The translations under genes and the position numbers were made by a program. A stretch of DNA of 64,000 nt from contig OZ241877.1 of NCBI GenBank assembly GCA_965203095.1, forward strand, positions 1,472,001 to 1,536,000. The letters are read 5' to 3'. This DNA is from Bdellovibrionales bacterium. GTDB taxonomy: Bacteria > Bdellovibrionota > Bdellovibrionia > Bdellovibrionales > UBA1609. Each line of letters opens with the position of its first letter. Position 1 is the stretch's first letter. The notes beneath the pieces were generated by a model. That model made no database searches, was not told the origin of the DNA, and was given only the letters and a program-made list of their open reading frames with translations. Positions 19,996-29,971 of the stretch are shown here, piece by piece.

Positions 19996-21866
19996 AAGAA
20001 GAAAATACCCATCCCATTCAACAGGAAAAAATCAGGAAATTGCAAGATCTGCGGAGCCGGGGGGTGGAACCTTACCCCCACATTTGGAATAGGGAAAAAA
20101 CCTCCATCCTTTATTTAAACAAAAAGTTTGAGGCTCTATCTGTAGGGGAGAAGTCTGAAAAGACTTTCCACATTGCGGGTCGCCTTATGAGAAAAAGAGA
20201 CATGGGGAAAACCGCTTTTTTTAACATTCTTGACGAGAACGAGGAGATCCAATGCTATATCCGGAGGGATGATTTTGTTAAGAATAAACTCTCTCCGGAA
20301 AACCCCTTAAAGGATAGCAATCAAACGGCCATTACCGCTTGGGAGTTGTGGAAGCTTTGTGATATTGGGGATATTTTAGGGCTCAGTGGTTTGATTTTTA
20401 AAACTAAAAAGGGGGAACTCTCCCTTCGCATCCAGAGTTTGGCCATGCTTTGCAAAACAATAGGTGCTCTTCCAGAAAAATATCATGGCTTACAGGATAA
20501 AGAGATAAAATATCGTTATCGCCATTTGGATCTGATTATGGATACCAAAGCCCGAAAAGTTTTTAAAACACGCTCAAAAATTATTTATGAGATCCGCAAG
20601 TTTCTTACAGAAAAAGGATTTATAGAGGTAGAAACCCCTATCCTCCAGCCCCTTTACGGTGGGGCTGTGGCCTTCCCTTTTGAAACTCATTTCCGCCGGC
20701 TCAACCAAAAAATGTATTTAAAAATTTCGCCGGAGATTTATTTAAAAAAACTCATTGTGGGTGGTTTTGAGAAGGTTTTTGAAATAGGCAAAAATTTTAG
20801 AAATGAGGGGATCGATCGCTCCCACAGCCCGGAATTTACAATGCTGGAATATTATGAGGCTTATACGGATTATAATTATCAGATGCAGGAGTTAGAAAAG
20901 TTAGTGAGTCATGTGGCTCAAAAAATCAAAGGGCAGTTTAAGTTTAAATATCAGGGAAGAGAATTAGATATTTCCCCTCCTTGGGCAAAAATCAGTTTAA
21001 AAGAATTTAAAGATCAAGTTTTTGTTATTATGGGGATTAAAGAGATCCATAAGCAACAAAAAGGAATGCTGTTAGAGGGATTTAAAAAAGGATTTTTGGA
21101 ATTTTTGGCTCTTTTTTGGAACATTATGAATGAAAAAATCTCTCCTCAAAGGCTTAAAGAAAAACAGGTTCAGTTCCTTTTAAAAGCTTTGCCCCCGAAA
21201 GAGCGACCTGAGGGGGATATTACATTTTCTCAACTGAAAGAAATAACAGAAAAATTAAGAGCGGAGGGGGTTAAGGGGGCTGAGGGGCAAAAATCCCCCA
21301 ACTCAGCAAATGATCTTTTAGAATATGTCCAAAGCATAGATCCTCAAAATGATTTGAGAGCTTTTATCCATTCTGAAAAACAAAATCTTCGGGAGGACTT
21401 GAGGCTCAATTTGGCCTTATTGGCTTTGGAGCTGACTGCTGAAAAGTATTTTTGGAATCCTGTTTTTTTAACTGATTTTCCAAAAGAAAACTCTCCTTTA
21501 ACAAAAAAACACCGGAAAGATCCTCAGTTTGTGGAACGGTTTGAGCCTTATATCGCCGGGATGGAAATAGGCAATGCCTATACAGAACTGAATGACCCCA
21601 TAGATCAAAGAGAGAGGCTGGAGAAACAGCGAGGGAAAGCCTCCGATTTTTTAAAAAATAAGGCGGAAAGTCCAGCCACAGCTTTTCATCCTGTGGATGA
21701 AAACTTCCTCCATGCCATTGAGACGGGAATGCCCCCCACAGGCGGAGTGGGCTTAGGCATAGAGCGATTGGTGATGATACTCACAGATCAAAGAAATCTT
21801 AAGGACTCCACCTTATTTCCTGTTCTGAGGGACAAAGGGGACAAAGGGGAAAAAAAAGGAAGATAA
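19992..21866 (+). CDS. lysS: lysine--tRNA ligase (class II) with large insertion
   Basis: LPEKYHGL, FRNEGID, HSPEFTMLE, GNAYTELNDP, GMPPTGGVGLGIERL. Confidence 0.96.
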   Translation: MKEENTHPIQQEKIRKLQDLRSRGVEPYPHIWNREKTSILYLNKKFEALSVGEKSEKTFHIAGRLMRKRDMGKTAFFNILDENEEIQCYIRRDDFVKNKLSPENPLKDSNQTAITAWELWKLCDIGDILGLSGLIFKTKKGELSLRIQSLAMLCKTIGALPEKYHGLQDKEIKYRYRHLDLIMDTKARKVFKTRSKIIYEIRKFLTEKGFIEVETPILQPLYGGAVAFPFETHFRRLNQKMYLKISPEIYLKKLIVGGFEKVFEIGKNFRNEGIDRSHSPEFTMLEYYEAYTDYNYQMQELEKLVSHVAQKIKGQFKFKYQGRELDISPPWAKISLKEFKDQVFVIMGIKEIHKQQKGMLLEGFKKGFLEFLALFWNIMNEKISPQRLKEKQVQFLLKALPPKERPEGDITFSQLKEITEKLRAEGVKGAEGQKSPNSANDLLEYVQSIDPQNDLRAFIHSEKQNLREDLRLNLALLALELTAEKYFWNPVFLTDFPKENSPLTKKHRKDPQFVERFEPYIAGMEIGNAYTELNDPIDQRERLEKQRGKASDFLKNKAESPATAFHPVDENFLHAIETGMPPTGGVGLGIERLVMILTDQRNLKDSTLFPVLRDKGDKGEKKGR

Positions 21867-21900
21867 AACCACTTGAAAGGTTTTTAGAGAGGCTTATTTT

Positions 21901-22374
21901 ATGTTTAAGGTGGCTTTGGTGGAACCAGAGATCCCCTCTAATACAGGGAATATTGGGCGAACCTGTGTGGCGACTCAATCGGAGTTAGAGCTTATCGGCC
22001 CTTTAGCTTTTGAAATCACTGATAAAAAACTCAAAAGGGCGGGTTTGGACTATTGGCCCCATCTCAAATACAAAATTTACAAAAATTTACAAGAATGGGA
22101 GAGCCAAAGCCCTTTAGAGCGAGCTTGGTTTTTTAGTGTCAGAGGGAAAATACCCCTCTATGACTGCAAAATAAAAAAAGGGGATATTTTGGTTTTTGGG
22201 AAAGAGACCAAAGGCTTGGGGCAGGATCTCCTCCGCCGTTTTGAAAAACAAACCGTCCGGCTCCCTTTTGCAGGTCCGGTCCGTTCTCTCAACTTGTCTA
22301 ACACTGTGGCCATTGCTTTATTTGAGGCCCTAAGGCAAAATCGAGATAGCCCTCCCTCTTTTTCACAGCTTTAA
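21901..22374 (+). CDS. trmL: tRNA (cytidine(34)-2'-O)-methyltransferase
   Basis: PEIPSNTGNIGR, LKRAGLDYW, FGKETKGL, RSLNLS. Confidence 0.95.
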   Translation: MFKVALVEPEIPSNTGNIGRTCVATQSELELIGPLAFEITDKKLKRAGLDYWPHLKYKIYKNLQEWESQSPLERAWFFSVRGKIPLYDCKIKKGDILVFGKETKGLGQDLLRRFEKQTVRLPFAGPVRSLNLSNTVAIALFEALRQNRDSPPSFSQL

Positions 22375-22465
22375 AAAATCACTCTTTTTCACCAATCATT
22401 GCTATTGAGAAAGATAATTTTTTATAAAGCTAAAAAAGGAGAGGATTTCTTCCGATTATTTAAGT

Positions 22466-23446
22466 ATGAAGAAACTTTCAAAAATCTTTTTTTTGATTTT
22501 ATTCACAGGATTTTTGCCGGCCTGCCTTGTTCAGGACAATTCTGGAAACTTTTTATTAGGGCAACAAGATTCTTGCGACTTCCCCATTCATCCATTGACT
22601 GGAGAGGGTATTCATTGGGATAGGGAGGATTTTCCCATTCCCTTATATGTTCATGACTCTGTGCCCCCTTTGGCCCATCGTATTTTTGTCTCTGTTGTGG
22701 ATCAATGGAATATGACTTGGGAGGACTTCCTCTTAAACGAGGGACTGGAGCCTTTTGATTTGTTTGTCTTGAAGAGCCAGAATCAACAGTATTCCGGTTC
22801 TCCCGCAGTGGATCAAAATAACATGCTTTTTTTTGAAGAAGATCTCAGCCGATACAATCAACCTTTGTCTGCTCAGGCCATTACAACTGTATTTCCTGAT
22901 AGACAGGGTAGGATAAAAGATGCAGATATTCTTGCAAGTCGACATATAGTCACAGACTATATAAAAACCCCATTCTTTTATGATGAAAGTTATGCTGAGG
23001 AGACCCGCTTGGCCAGAAAAAGAGTTCAGGAGAACAGGCGATTGGCCAGCCTTCAACCTCAAAATCTTTGGTTTCGGATAGGTAGTGTTATGCAACAATG
23101 GCTGAAATTCTTTTTAAAGCCATTTCAAAAACAAAAACCTATTCGTCAAACAGCCAGCTCAAGGCTGAGAATCCCTCAAAATCGAGCGGATTATGTGAGT
23201 GTGATGATACATGAATTGGGTCATGTGCTGGGCCTAGGCCATAAAGATAAAGAGGAGGAGTTGGCTCAAGCTTTGTCTTCTTATGGAGATTTACAAAATA
23301 GAGTGCCAGCCTCTCGCCGGCAGAGGAGAGCGGGAAAAAAAGTTTATGTTTCCATAATGGAGCCACGTTTAGAAAATGGCACTACAAGGCGACATATCTA
23401 TCGTTATGATTTGGAAAATTTGTTATGTGGTTATTTTGGTTATTAG
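22466..23446 (+). CDS. matrixin-family metalloprotease lipoprotein
   Basis: Lipobox LPAC; HELGHVLGLGH; Met-turn SIMEP. Confidence 0.88.
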   Translation: MKKLSKIFFLILFTGFLPACLVQDNSGNFLLGQQDSCDFPIHPLTGEGIHWDREDFPIPLYVHDSVPPLAHRIFVSVVDQWNMTWEDFLLNEGLEPFDLFVLKSQNQQYSGSPAVDQNNMLFFEEDLSRYNQPLSAQAITTVFPDRQGRIKDADILASRHIVTDYIKTPFFYDESYAEETRLARKRVQENRRLASLQPQNLWFRIGSVMQQWLKFFLKPFQKQKPIRQTASSRLRIPQNRADYVSVMIHELGHVLGLGHKDKEEELAQALSSYGDLQNRVPASRRQRRAGKKVYVSIMEPRLENGTTRRHIYRYDLENLLCGYFGY

Positions 23447-23604
23447 TTATTTAAACCCTTTTAGGAGGAAGTTGGCTTTTTTAGAGTTTGTGCTTTCAGT
23501 TGGCTTTTTTTCTTAAGAGGAGGTTTTTTTAAAAGGCGGACGATTTTTTAAAAACCGTGAGCTTGAGAATTTTCAAGTAAATTCACTTTAAGGGGCTTTT
23601 TGAT

Positions 23605-23859
23605 TTGATTATGGATAAGGGCAAGAAATCTTTGAAATTCATAAAAAACTCTAAAGAGAGCTTTTTGGCCTCTCCTCTAATTGAGGGCGACTTGGCTTTA
23701 GGGGTTAAAAGTGATTTGCCCAAGTTTCATCCCTCTTTTGTGGAGGAAGAGGGTCTCTGTCAGATTCTTGACAAGAGTCTTTTTCAGTTAGAGCAAAATA
23801 TGGCTTTTTTTGGCATGGCCATTCAAGAAGTTCAAGACATTATTTCCGCAGTAAAATGA
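23605..23859 (+). CDS. hypothetical protein
   Basis: 84-aa ORF alone in an intergenic gap. Confidence 0.5.
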   Translation: MIMDKGKKSLKFIKNSKESFLASPLIEGDLALGVKSDLPKFHPSFVEEEGLCQILDKSLFQLEQNMAFFGMAIQEVQDIISAVK

Positions 23860-23934
23860 ATTTATGTATGGTATCCAGCAGAGGGATTGCCTAATTCGTG
23901 TATGCGATCTAATAAATATAGATTTTTTTACAAG

Positions 23935-26319
23935 CTATAGCTTGAGATGAAGGCCCAAACCATAGCCCAAGTGACTATCATAAAGGCCCATAAGGGAAAT
24001 GTATTGGCTCAGCCGGTATTCTAAACCCAGGTGATACTCTATTTCTACCTCATCACTTTGCCCTTGTTTTAATAAATCAGCAAGCTTCCAAGCGGTATAT
24101 CCTTCCGCTAAAAAATGAAAACGAGGGAAGATCATCAGCTCATAATCTAAACCGAGGCGAATATTTGTCCCTTGGGCCAAAACATCAAAGCCATTTAAAA
24201 CATTCATCCTGTGGCCCAAGCTGAGTTCCATATCCACAAGATAAGGTAGGAAATATTTAAAGCCTATACGGGTCTCCCATCCCCAATCGCTTAAAAGATC
24301 TTTTTTGTGATTTTTTATATCCACAGCCCCATAAAGCCGGAAAAAATCACTAATGAATCTTTCATAAGAGCTTGTGACTTCAAAATTACCTTTAAAGCGA
24401 AAGTTGTAATCCAAATAAGACATCGCCCCATCAATGGCCAATCTATTTTTGAAGTTGGAAAAAACCCCCTCCAGCTCTACAATCCTGCCTAAAAGGGAAA
24501 GCTCTCCCCAAGAGAACCACTGCCTGTCCCCATTTAAAACTTTGGACAGAGGGTAATCTTTCAACCGGTTGTCCCTATAATTTCCTTGGCTGAAAATGCG
24601 GGACATTCCCGCCTTCATGTGGTAAAGGATATGGCAGTGGAAAAACCAATCCCCCGGCACATCGGCTTGAAACTCTATAACCGTTGTCTCCATAGGTGGA
24701 ACATCCACAGTGTGTTTCCAAGGGGAGTGATCTCCATTTTTATTTAAAACCCTGAAAAAATGCCCGTGCAGGTGCAAAGGATGATGCATCATGGTTTTGT
24801 TGTTGAGGATAAGCCTTGTGATCTCTTTGCTTTTGATGGGGATTTTGTCGGATTCAGAGAGGTTTTTCCCGTTAAAACTCCAAACATATCTCCACATATT
24901 CCCTGTTAGATCCAGTTTAATTTCCCGAACGGGCATTTTGTTTGAAAAGTTGGATTTTTTTACTGATTTTAAATGGCTATAAGATTTTGAAGGGGGATGA
25001 GGAGAGGCTTTATCCTTCATCAAAGAGTTTTCTTCTTTTTTTGCACTATGAGAAGATAAGTTTTGATGATGAATAGCCCTATGCCCTTTGTGGTAAGAAT
25101 CACTATGCCCTTTGTGGGAAGAATCACTATGTGCTTTGTGAGAGGAATCACCATGTGCTTTGTGAGAGGAATCACCATGTGCTTTGTGAGAGGAATCACT
25201 ATGCCCTTTGTGGGAAGAGTCGCTATGCCCTTTGTGGGAAGAGTCGCTATGCCCTTTGTGGAGCTGGCTCATCCGTTTCATTTCCTCAATATAATCTAAG
25301 GGGGGAATGTCAGGAGCTTTTAAAAGCGGACCTCTTCCTATTACAGCTACAGCTCCCCCCGATCCGTCCTGAGCTGTGGCTTTAAACTCTATGGATTTTC
25401 CCTTAGGGATATCAATGATAAAATCATAAGTCTCCGCAACAGCCTGCAAAAGTTTATTGGCCAAAACCGGCTGAACATTCACACCATCGGCAGAAATTAA
25501 AAGAGGTTTCGCCCCCCCAAAAGAGAGCCAAAAATAAGTGGAGGCTGAAGCATTGATAAGCCTGAGTCGGACTTTTTTTCCTGAAGAGATATTTTCATAA
25601 TTTTGTATGGGCTTTCCGTTAATGAGAAAAAGCGGGTAATAGACATCCGAAATGTCAGCCCCATGCATCCTCATTTTCCAAAAATCAAGTTGTGCCCTAA
25701 AAGCCCCCTTCATCAAAACATCAAGAAGACTGGGCAAAGCCTTTTTTTTAATCGCCGGCCACTCATCCCCTCTTTTTAAAGAGCGAAGGATCTCTTTTGG
25801 ATTTTTATCTGTCCAGTCAGATAACAGCAAAACCAACTCTTGTGGCTGAGTTTTTCTCTCAGTAGGAGTGTCGCCTTTTCGTTCCTTAATGATAAAAGCT
25901 CCAAAAAGCCCCCTTTGCTCTTGAAGCCCTGTATGAGAATGATACCAATAAGTCCCTGGAGCCTGCTTTATTATAAATTCAAACTTATGAGTTTGGCCAG
26001 GGCGAATGGGTGGGCTGGTTAAATAGGGAACGCCATCTTCAAAATTGGGCAAAAGGATACCGTGCCAGTGGATGGAGGTCTCCACATCCATTTTGTTTTG
26101 AACATGAATAATCGCTTTTTCTCCCTGATAGAAGTAAAGTGTTGGGGCGGGAATAGAGTTATTGATGGCCATGGCCTTTTGTGGTTGGCCTGTGAAATGG
26201 ACTGTTTTATAATCCACAGTCAGATGATAGGATCTTTTAAGAGTGGCCTTTCCCGCCAAGGGCTTATCAGCACTTGTTAAAAAACAGGAGAAGGAAATAA
26301 AAAAGGTCAAAATCAGCAT
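23935..26319 (-). CDS. multicopper oxidase (CopA/PcoA-like) with His-rich repeat and probable C-terminal beta-barrel
   Basis: HWHG, WYHSH, HPLHLHGH, HCHILYHM; amphipathic-strand C-terminus. Confidence 0.93.
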   Translation of the reverse strand: MLILTFFISFSCFLTSADKPLAGKATLKRSYHLTVDYKTVHFTGQPQKAMAINNSIPAPTLYFYQGEKAIIHVQNKMDVETSIHWHGILLPNFEDGVPYLTSPPIRPGQTHKFEFIIKQAPGTYWYHSHTGLQEQRGLFGAFIIKERKGDTPTERKTQPQELVLLLSDWTDKNPKEILRSLKRGDEWPAIKKKALPSLLDVLMKGAFRAQLDFWKMRMHGADISDVYYPLFLINGKPIQNYENISSGKKVRLRLINASASTYFWLSFGGAKPLLISADGVNVQPVLANKLLQAVAETYDFIIDIPKGKSIEFKATAQDGSGGAVAVIGRGPLLKAPDIPPLDYIEEMKRMSQLHKGHSDSSHKGHSDSSHKGHSDSSHKAHGDSSHKAHGDSSHKAHSDSSHKGHSDSYHKGHRAIHHQNLSSHSAKKEENSLMKDKASPHPPSKSYSHLKSVKKSNFSNKMPVREIKLDLTGNMWRYVWSFNGKNLSESDKIPIKSKEITRLILNNKTMMHHPLHLHGHFFRVLNKNGDHSPWKHTVDVPPMETTVIEFQADVPGDWFFHCHILYHMKAGMSRIFSQGNYRDNRLKDYPLSKVLNGDRQWFSWGELSLLGRIVELEGVFSNFKNRLAIDGAMSYLDYNFRFKGNFEVTSSYERFISDFFRLYGAVDIKNHKKDLLSDWGWETRIGFKYFLPYLVDMELSLGHRMNVLNGFDVLAQGTNIRLGLDYELMIFPRFHFLAEGYTAWKLADLLKQGQSDEVEIEYHLGLEYRLSQYISLMGLYDSHLGYGLGLHLKL
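25079..25260. repeat. 24-bp tandem repeat (about 7.6 units) encoding HK(G/A)H(S/G)DSS
   Basis: Units CTATGCCCTTTGTGGGAAGAGTCG / CCATGTGCTTTGTGAGAGGAATCA, head to tail. Confidence 0.95.
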
Positions 26320-26346
26320 GAGCCTAAAAAAACTTAAATTTTCAGA

Positions 26347-26363
26347 TTTTTCACGGAGGAATA
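26347..26363. repeat. solo terminus of repeat family A
   Basis: TTTTTCACGGAGGAATA, identical to 38179-38195. Confidence 0.6.
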
Positions 26364-26369
26364 AATAAA

Positions 26370-26594
26370 CTATTTGCTTTTGATTAGTGCTAAAAGAGTA
26401 TCCAGCTTGGCTTCTATGTTATCCATTCTCTTTTCAAGTTTAGCTTGTCCAGCTTCAAGCCCCTCTATTCTTTTCTCAAGTGGATTGATCTTTAAGTTTA
26501 AAATAGCATTTACTCCTAAAAGCAAAAAAGACAGTGTCACCACAACACAAGATATAACAATCAGTAAAGGGACAAAATATTCTAAACTTTCCAT
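26370..26594 (-). CDS. small TM plus coiled-coil protein
   Basis: AAGGAG RBS; hydrophobic N-terminus then heptads LEKRIEGLEAGQAKLEKRMDNIEAKLD. Confidence 0.8.
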   Translation of the reverse strand: MESLEYFVPLLIVISCVVVTLSFLLLGVNAILNLKINPLEKRIEGLEAGQAKLEKRMDNIEAKLDTLLALIKSK

Positions 26595-26752
26595 ATTAAC
26601 TCCTTATGGTTAGGTTTTATATATCCATTATCCTCTATTTAAAATAAAAAGTAAAGATTTTTTTTTGAAAAAATCTCAATTTTCTCAATTGAAAGTGTCA
26701 TTTGGCTCAAAAGGGGCCATTTTAAGCAAACACATGTTCTTTTCATTAGGAG

Positions 26753-29700
26753 TTATAGGGCACTTTTTAGCCAAAAACTGTAATGAAAAGGAGCTAATGA
26801 GATCTTGTCCTTACTCCGTGAAAGAGGGGAGAGCCTAAGAGCAGAGTTAAAAATAGGGTAATTTACAAATTCAAAAACATATTCTGCAGAAAGGCCCATC
26901 CTAACAAGAGTCTTTTCATTAAAACTCATCTCCCACTCCATCCCTGCAAAAGGGATGAGGAAGGCTCTACTTTTTTTCCCTTCCCTTTGTGTGAACAAAA
27001 AAGATCCGCCAGCTAAAGGTGCCCATCGCCGGATAGAAAAAGGCAGTTTTAAAGGGTAATAGGAGAGATTAAAAGCCTTGAGAAGTTGCGAATCCAATTT
27101 GTATAGATTTTGAAAGTCCTGCTTAAAACTGCTGTAATTTAAAATAGTGCCGTTTTCCATTTTTGAAAGAGGGAACTTAGGGGATCTATCCCACAAGTTT
27201 GTTTTCACTGTCCCGTTGAGAGACAAAAACCATTCCCCCCCCAAGGTTTCCATAATATGGCCCTCAGTTTTCCAGCTCAGGAAGGGCTGGGGACTGAGCT
27301 TTGTCCAAAGGCTGTTGAGGCTAAAGGAGGCCATTCTCTTTTGATAAAAGGAATAGCTATATTTGTATCTTTTTTTATAGCTGTATTTTAAACTGCCTGT
27401 GTGCTGAAAATAGTTTCTCCAGTTGTTGGCTTTGTTGGACAATATATAAAAATATTTACTATCATCATTAAACTGTTTTTGACCTATTTGGAGGCTGTTA
27501 GATAAAGACAAAGCCCAATAATGCCGTAAAATTAAAGGATAATCTAATGATATATTTAAAGCCCGACTTCTATAAAAAAGGAAGTTCTTTTTTTTCTGAT
27601 CTTTTAAAGGCGATGAGTAAAACATATCCTCTTCTGTCAAAAAGCCAATATCTTTAAAGGTCTGAATGCGGTAGGTGTCACTTTTTTTTAAAAAATTCAG
27701 TTTCTCTTCACTATAAATAAAGGAGAGCGATAAAATGGGTCGGTATTTTTTATAGCTGTAGGATAATCCCATCCGTTTTTGTTTTGAGCCGAAGAGGCTA
27801 AAAAGACTCAGCTCACTCCATCGCAGGGGATCTGTCCATTGAAAGGTCCCGGCAAAATGAGGTGCTAAGGGGCTTATCACATCGGTATAGGCTGATAAAA
27901 ACATGTTTTTTAATTGGAGGTTGGATAGTGAATTATAATTTTGTGTTGGTTTTTTTATTAGAGGATTTTTAAGTTTTGTGCTTTTATCTTTAGGCCAACC
28001 CTTTTCTTCTAACTCCAGTAAACGGGATAGCTCGTCTGGAGCTTCTTCCACCAATGAATGAGAGAGGTTTGAAAGAGCCAGCTCCTCCTCATTCGGAGTC
28101 TCTTCCGCTAATGAGATAGGGGGGGTGGGAAGGGCCAGTTTCTCTGTGTCAGCAAATGTATCCTCACAGAGGATATTTTTTTTAAAAGAATAGCTGTAAG
28201 AGACCGGCATTTCAGGAACTTCTTGAGTGGAAATGATTTTATACGCATAGTGATCAGGGCGAATCTCTGAAATTAAAAACTCATTCCCTTTGATTTTTCT
28301 GGCTGAATTGATGGTGTCAGACAAACTCAGGCGGAAGATTCCCTCCGACTCCCTAAAAACAAAAAGGCTGGATCCGTATTTTGTGGCCCCTATAAAATAA
28401 AGGCCCCCTTCATCCGCTTCCACTGGATAGCTGTAATGGGTTTTAAGGCTGAGCAGAGGTTTTTTATCCCTATAGAGGGTTCTGATATCTTTTTCCTGCT
28501 TAAAGTAATAGGCTCGGCCCTCATGATCCATCACTGCGGAGGAATGGCTGTTATCAAAAAAAACATTGTTTATATAAAGAGAGTTTTGAGTGAGGCTTTG
28601 CCTACTATCTAAGGCGATAAACTTGTTTTTATGAAAATCCATTACATATTGGGAGTTGTATTTTTTCACCGGTTGAAAGCCCTCTTTAAAAAGGGAGTAT
28701 TCAATGGATGTAGAGCTTATTCTCTGTTTGCCAGCAGAATAATATTGGCCTTGTTTGTAAAAAATTTTACCCAAGGGGAGTGCGACTTTTCTTTTCCTGA
28801 TTTTTCTTGTCTCTTTGTCAAAAACAATCAGTTGAGGGGGGGACTTCATGTCTGAAATCAAAAAGTGAATTTGTTTTTTGTCACTATTTATAGGTTCAGA
28901 GATTTTACTTTTTAAAATGGCTTTTTCCGGAGAGGATTTTTGCTGTTGAGCTAAGGGGTAATAATAAGCCTTGTATTGGGCAAATAAAGTTTCTAAACTT
29001 TGTTTGAAAGTTCTTTTAAGTGCCTCATTCAGGCCGTAAAAACCAATGGGCAAATACTTCCCACTTTTGGCAAAAAGCGGGCCTCTCGGCTGTAGTTGAT
29101 TTTGAGAGAGCAAATAGGCGAAAAAATACCCACCATGCAAATACTTTTCCCGGATAGAAAAGGGATCATTATAAGGCTTTAACAATCTTTTTAAAGAGAT
29201 CCCCTGTTGGATTTGTGACAATACAAAAGCTCTCACCCAGCCACTAAACAGCCTTCCTCCAGAGCCATAGATGGACTCGTTTAAGATGGCACTCCCTTCT
29301 AATATCCAGGAGCTGAGCAAAATGTTTCGATAAGATAAAGGCCCAAGGATACTCCAAAGCCGACGATCCAGCTGAGAGTTTTGAGCAAACTGATAAATAT
29401 GAGTCATTTCATGGATTAAAGCCAGCTGAGGCCAATGGAAAATAGACAAATTATCCATAAAATGGACAGATAGGGAGGGGTGTATTTTTATAAAAGTCAG
29501 TGGATGAATTTGAGCTGAGGCAAAAGGGACCTGCCATCGTGAAGAGGGGAAAAACACAGAATTTTTTCTAAAATAAGGATGAGAGGGGAAGACATCCCTT
29601 AACTCCGAGTCAATTTGATGGGCACATTCTGATAGTTTTCCGGCAAAGCTTTCAAAATTTTTACTGTAAATCAGATCTAAATTCTCAAAAACAGGAATTT

Positions 29701-29899
29701 TGCGGTAATCCGAATCTTTTTTAAAAGGCCCTAAACTCTCTATAGGGGAAAAATCAGCTTTTTTGTGCAGATCCTCTCTATCAGGCCCCTCTTCAGCTCC
29801 GGCGAATAGGGATAAAATAAGAATCGAAATGCAACACAAAATAATGCCAAAAGGCTTTTTGTTTTTTTCATTAGGTTGTTTTTTTATAGGAGGGCACAT
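26753..29899 (-). CDS. large exported / outer-membrane protein with HExxH motif
   Basis: Signal peptide; IHEMTH...WILEG; beta-rich middle and C-terminus. Confidence 0.75.
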   Translation of the reverse strand: MCPPIKKQPNEKNKKPFGIILCCISILILSLFAGAEEGPDREDLHKKADFSPIESLGPFKKDSDYRKIPVFENLDLIYSKNFESFAGKLSECAHQIDSELRDVFPSHPYFRKNSVFFPSSRWQVPFASAQIHPLTFIKIHPSLSVHFMDNLSIFHWPQLALIHEMTHIYQFAQNSQLDRRLWSILGPLSYRNILLSSWILEGSAILNESIYGSGGRLFSGWVRAFVLSQIQQGISLKRLLKPYNDPFSIREKYLHGGYFFAYLLSQNQLQPRGPLFAKSGKYLPIGFYGLNEALKRTFKQSLETLFAQYKAYYYPLAQQQKSSPEKAILKSKISEPINSDKKQIHFLISDMKSPPQLIVFDKETRKIRKRKVALPLGKIFYKQGQYYSAGKQRISSTSIEYSLFKEGFQPVKKYNSQYVMDFHKNKFIALDSRQSLTQNSLYINNVFFDNSHSSAVMDHEGRAYYFKQEKDIRTLYRDKKPLLSLKTHYSYPVEADEGGLYFIGATKYGSSLFVFRESEGIFRLSLSDTINSARKIKGNEFLISEIRPDHYAYKIISTQEVPEMPVSYSYSFKKNILCEDTFADTEKLALPTPPISLAEETPNEEELALSNLSHSLVEEAPDELSRLLELEEKGWPKDKSTKLKNPLIKKPTQNYNSLSNLQLKNMFLSAYTDVISPLAPHFAGTFQWTDPLRWSELSLFSLFGSKQKRMGLSYSYKKYRPILSLSFIYSEEKLNFLKKSDTYRIQTFKDIGFLTEEDMFYSSPLKDQKKKNFLFYRSRALNISLDYPLILRHYWALSLSNSLQIGQKQFNDDSKYFYILSNKANNWRNYFQHTGSLKYSYKKRYKYSYSFYQKRMASFSLNSLWTKLSPQPFLSWKTEGHIMETLGGEWFLSLNGTVKTNLWDRSPKFPLSKMENGTILNYSSFKQDFQNLYKLDSQLLKAFNLSYYPLKLPFSIRRWAPLAGGSFLFTQREGKKSRAFLIPFAGMEWEMSFNEKTLVRMGLSAEYVFEFVNYPIFNSALRLSPLSRSKDKISLAPFHYSFWLKSAL

Positions 29900-29971
29900 A
29901 CAAGCCTTATTATTTTCAAAAAATCACCTGCCCAGCAATAAAGAGCACATTGCTTTTTAAGCCATATTTTG

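Noticed and set aside
21000..21430. Intein in LysRS
   Set aside because: No Cys/Ser start with His-Asn end and no endonuclease motifs.
25079..25260. Possible CRISPR array
   Set aside because: Units are contiguous with no unique spacers, are in frame within the oxidase, and no cas genes are present.
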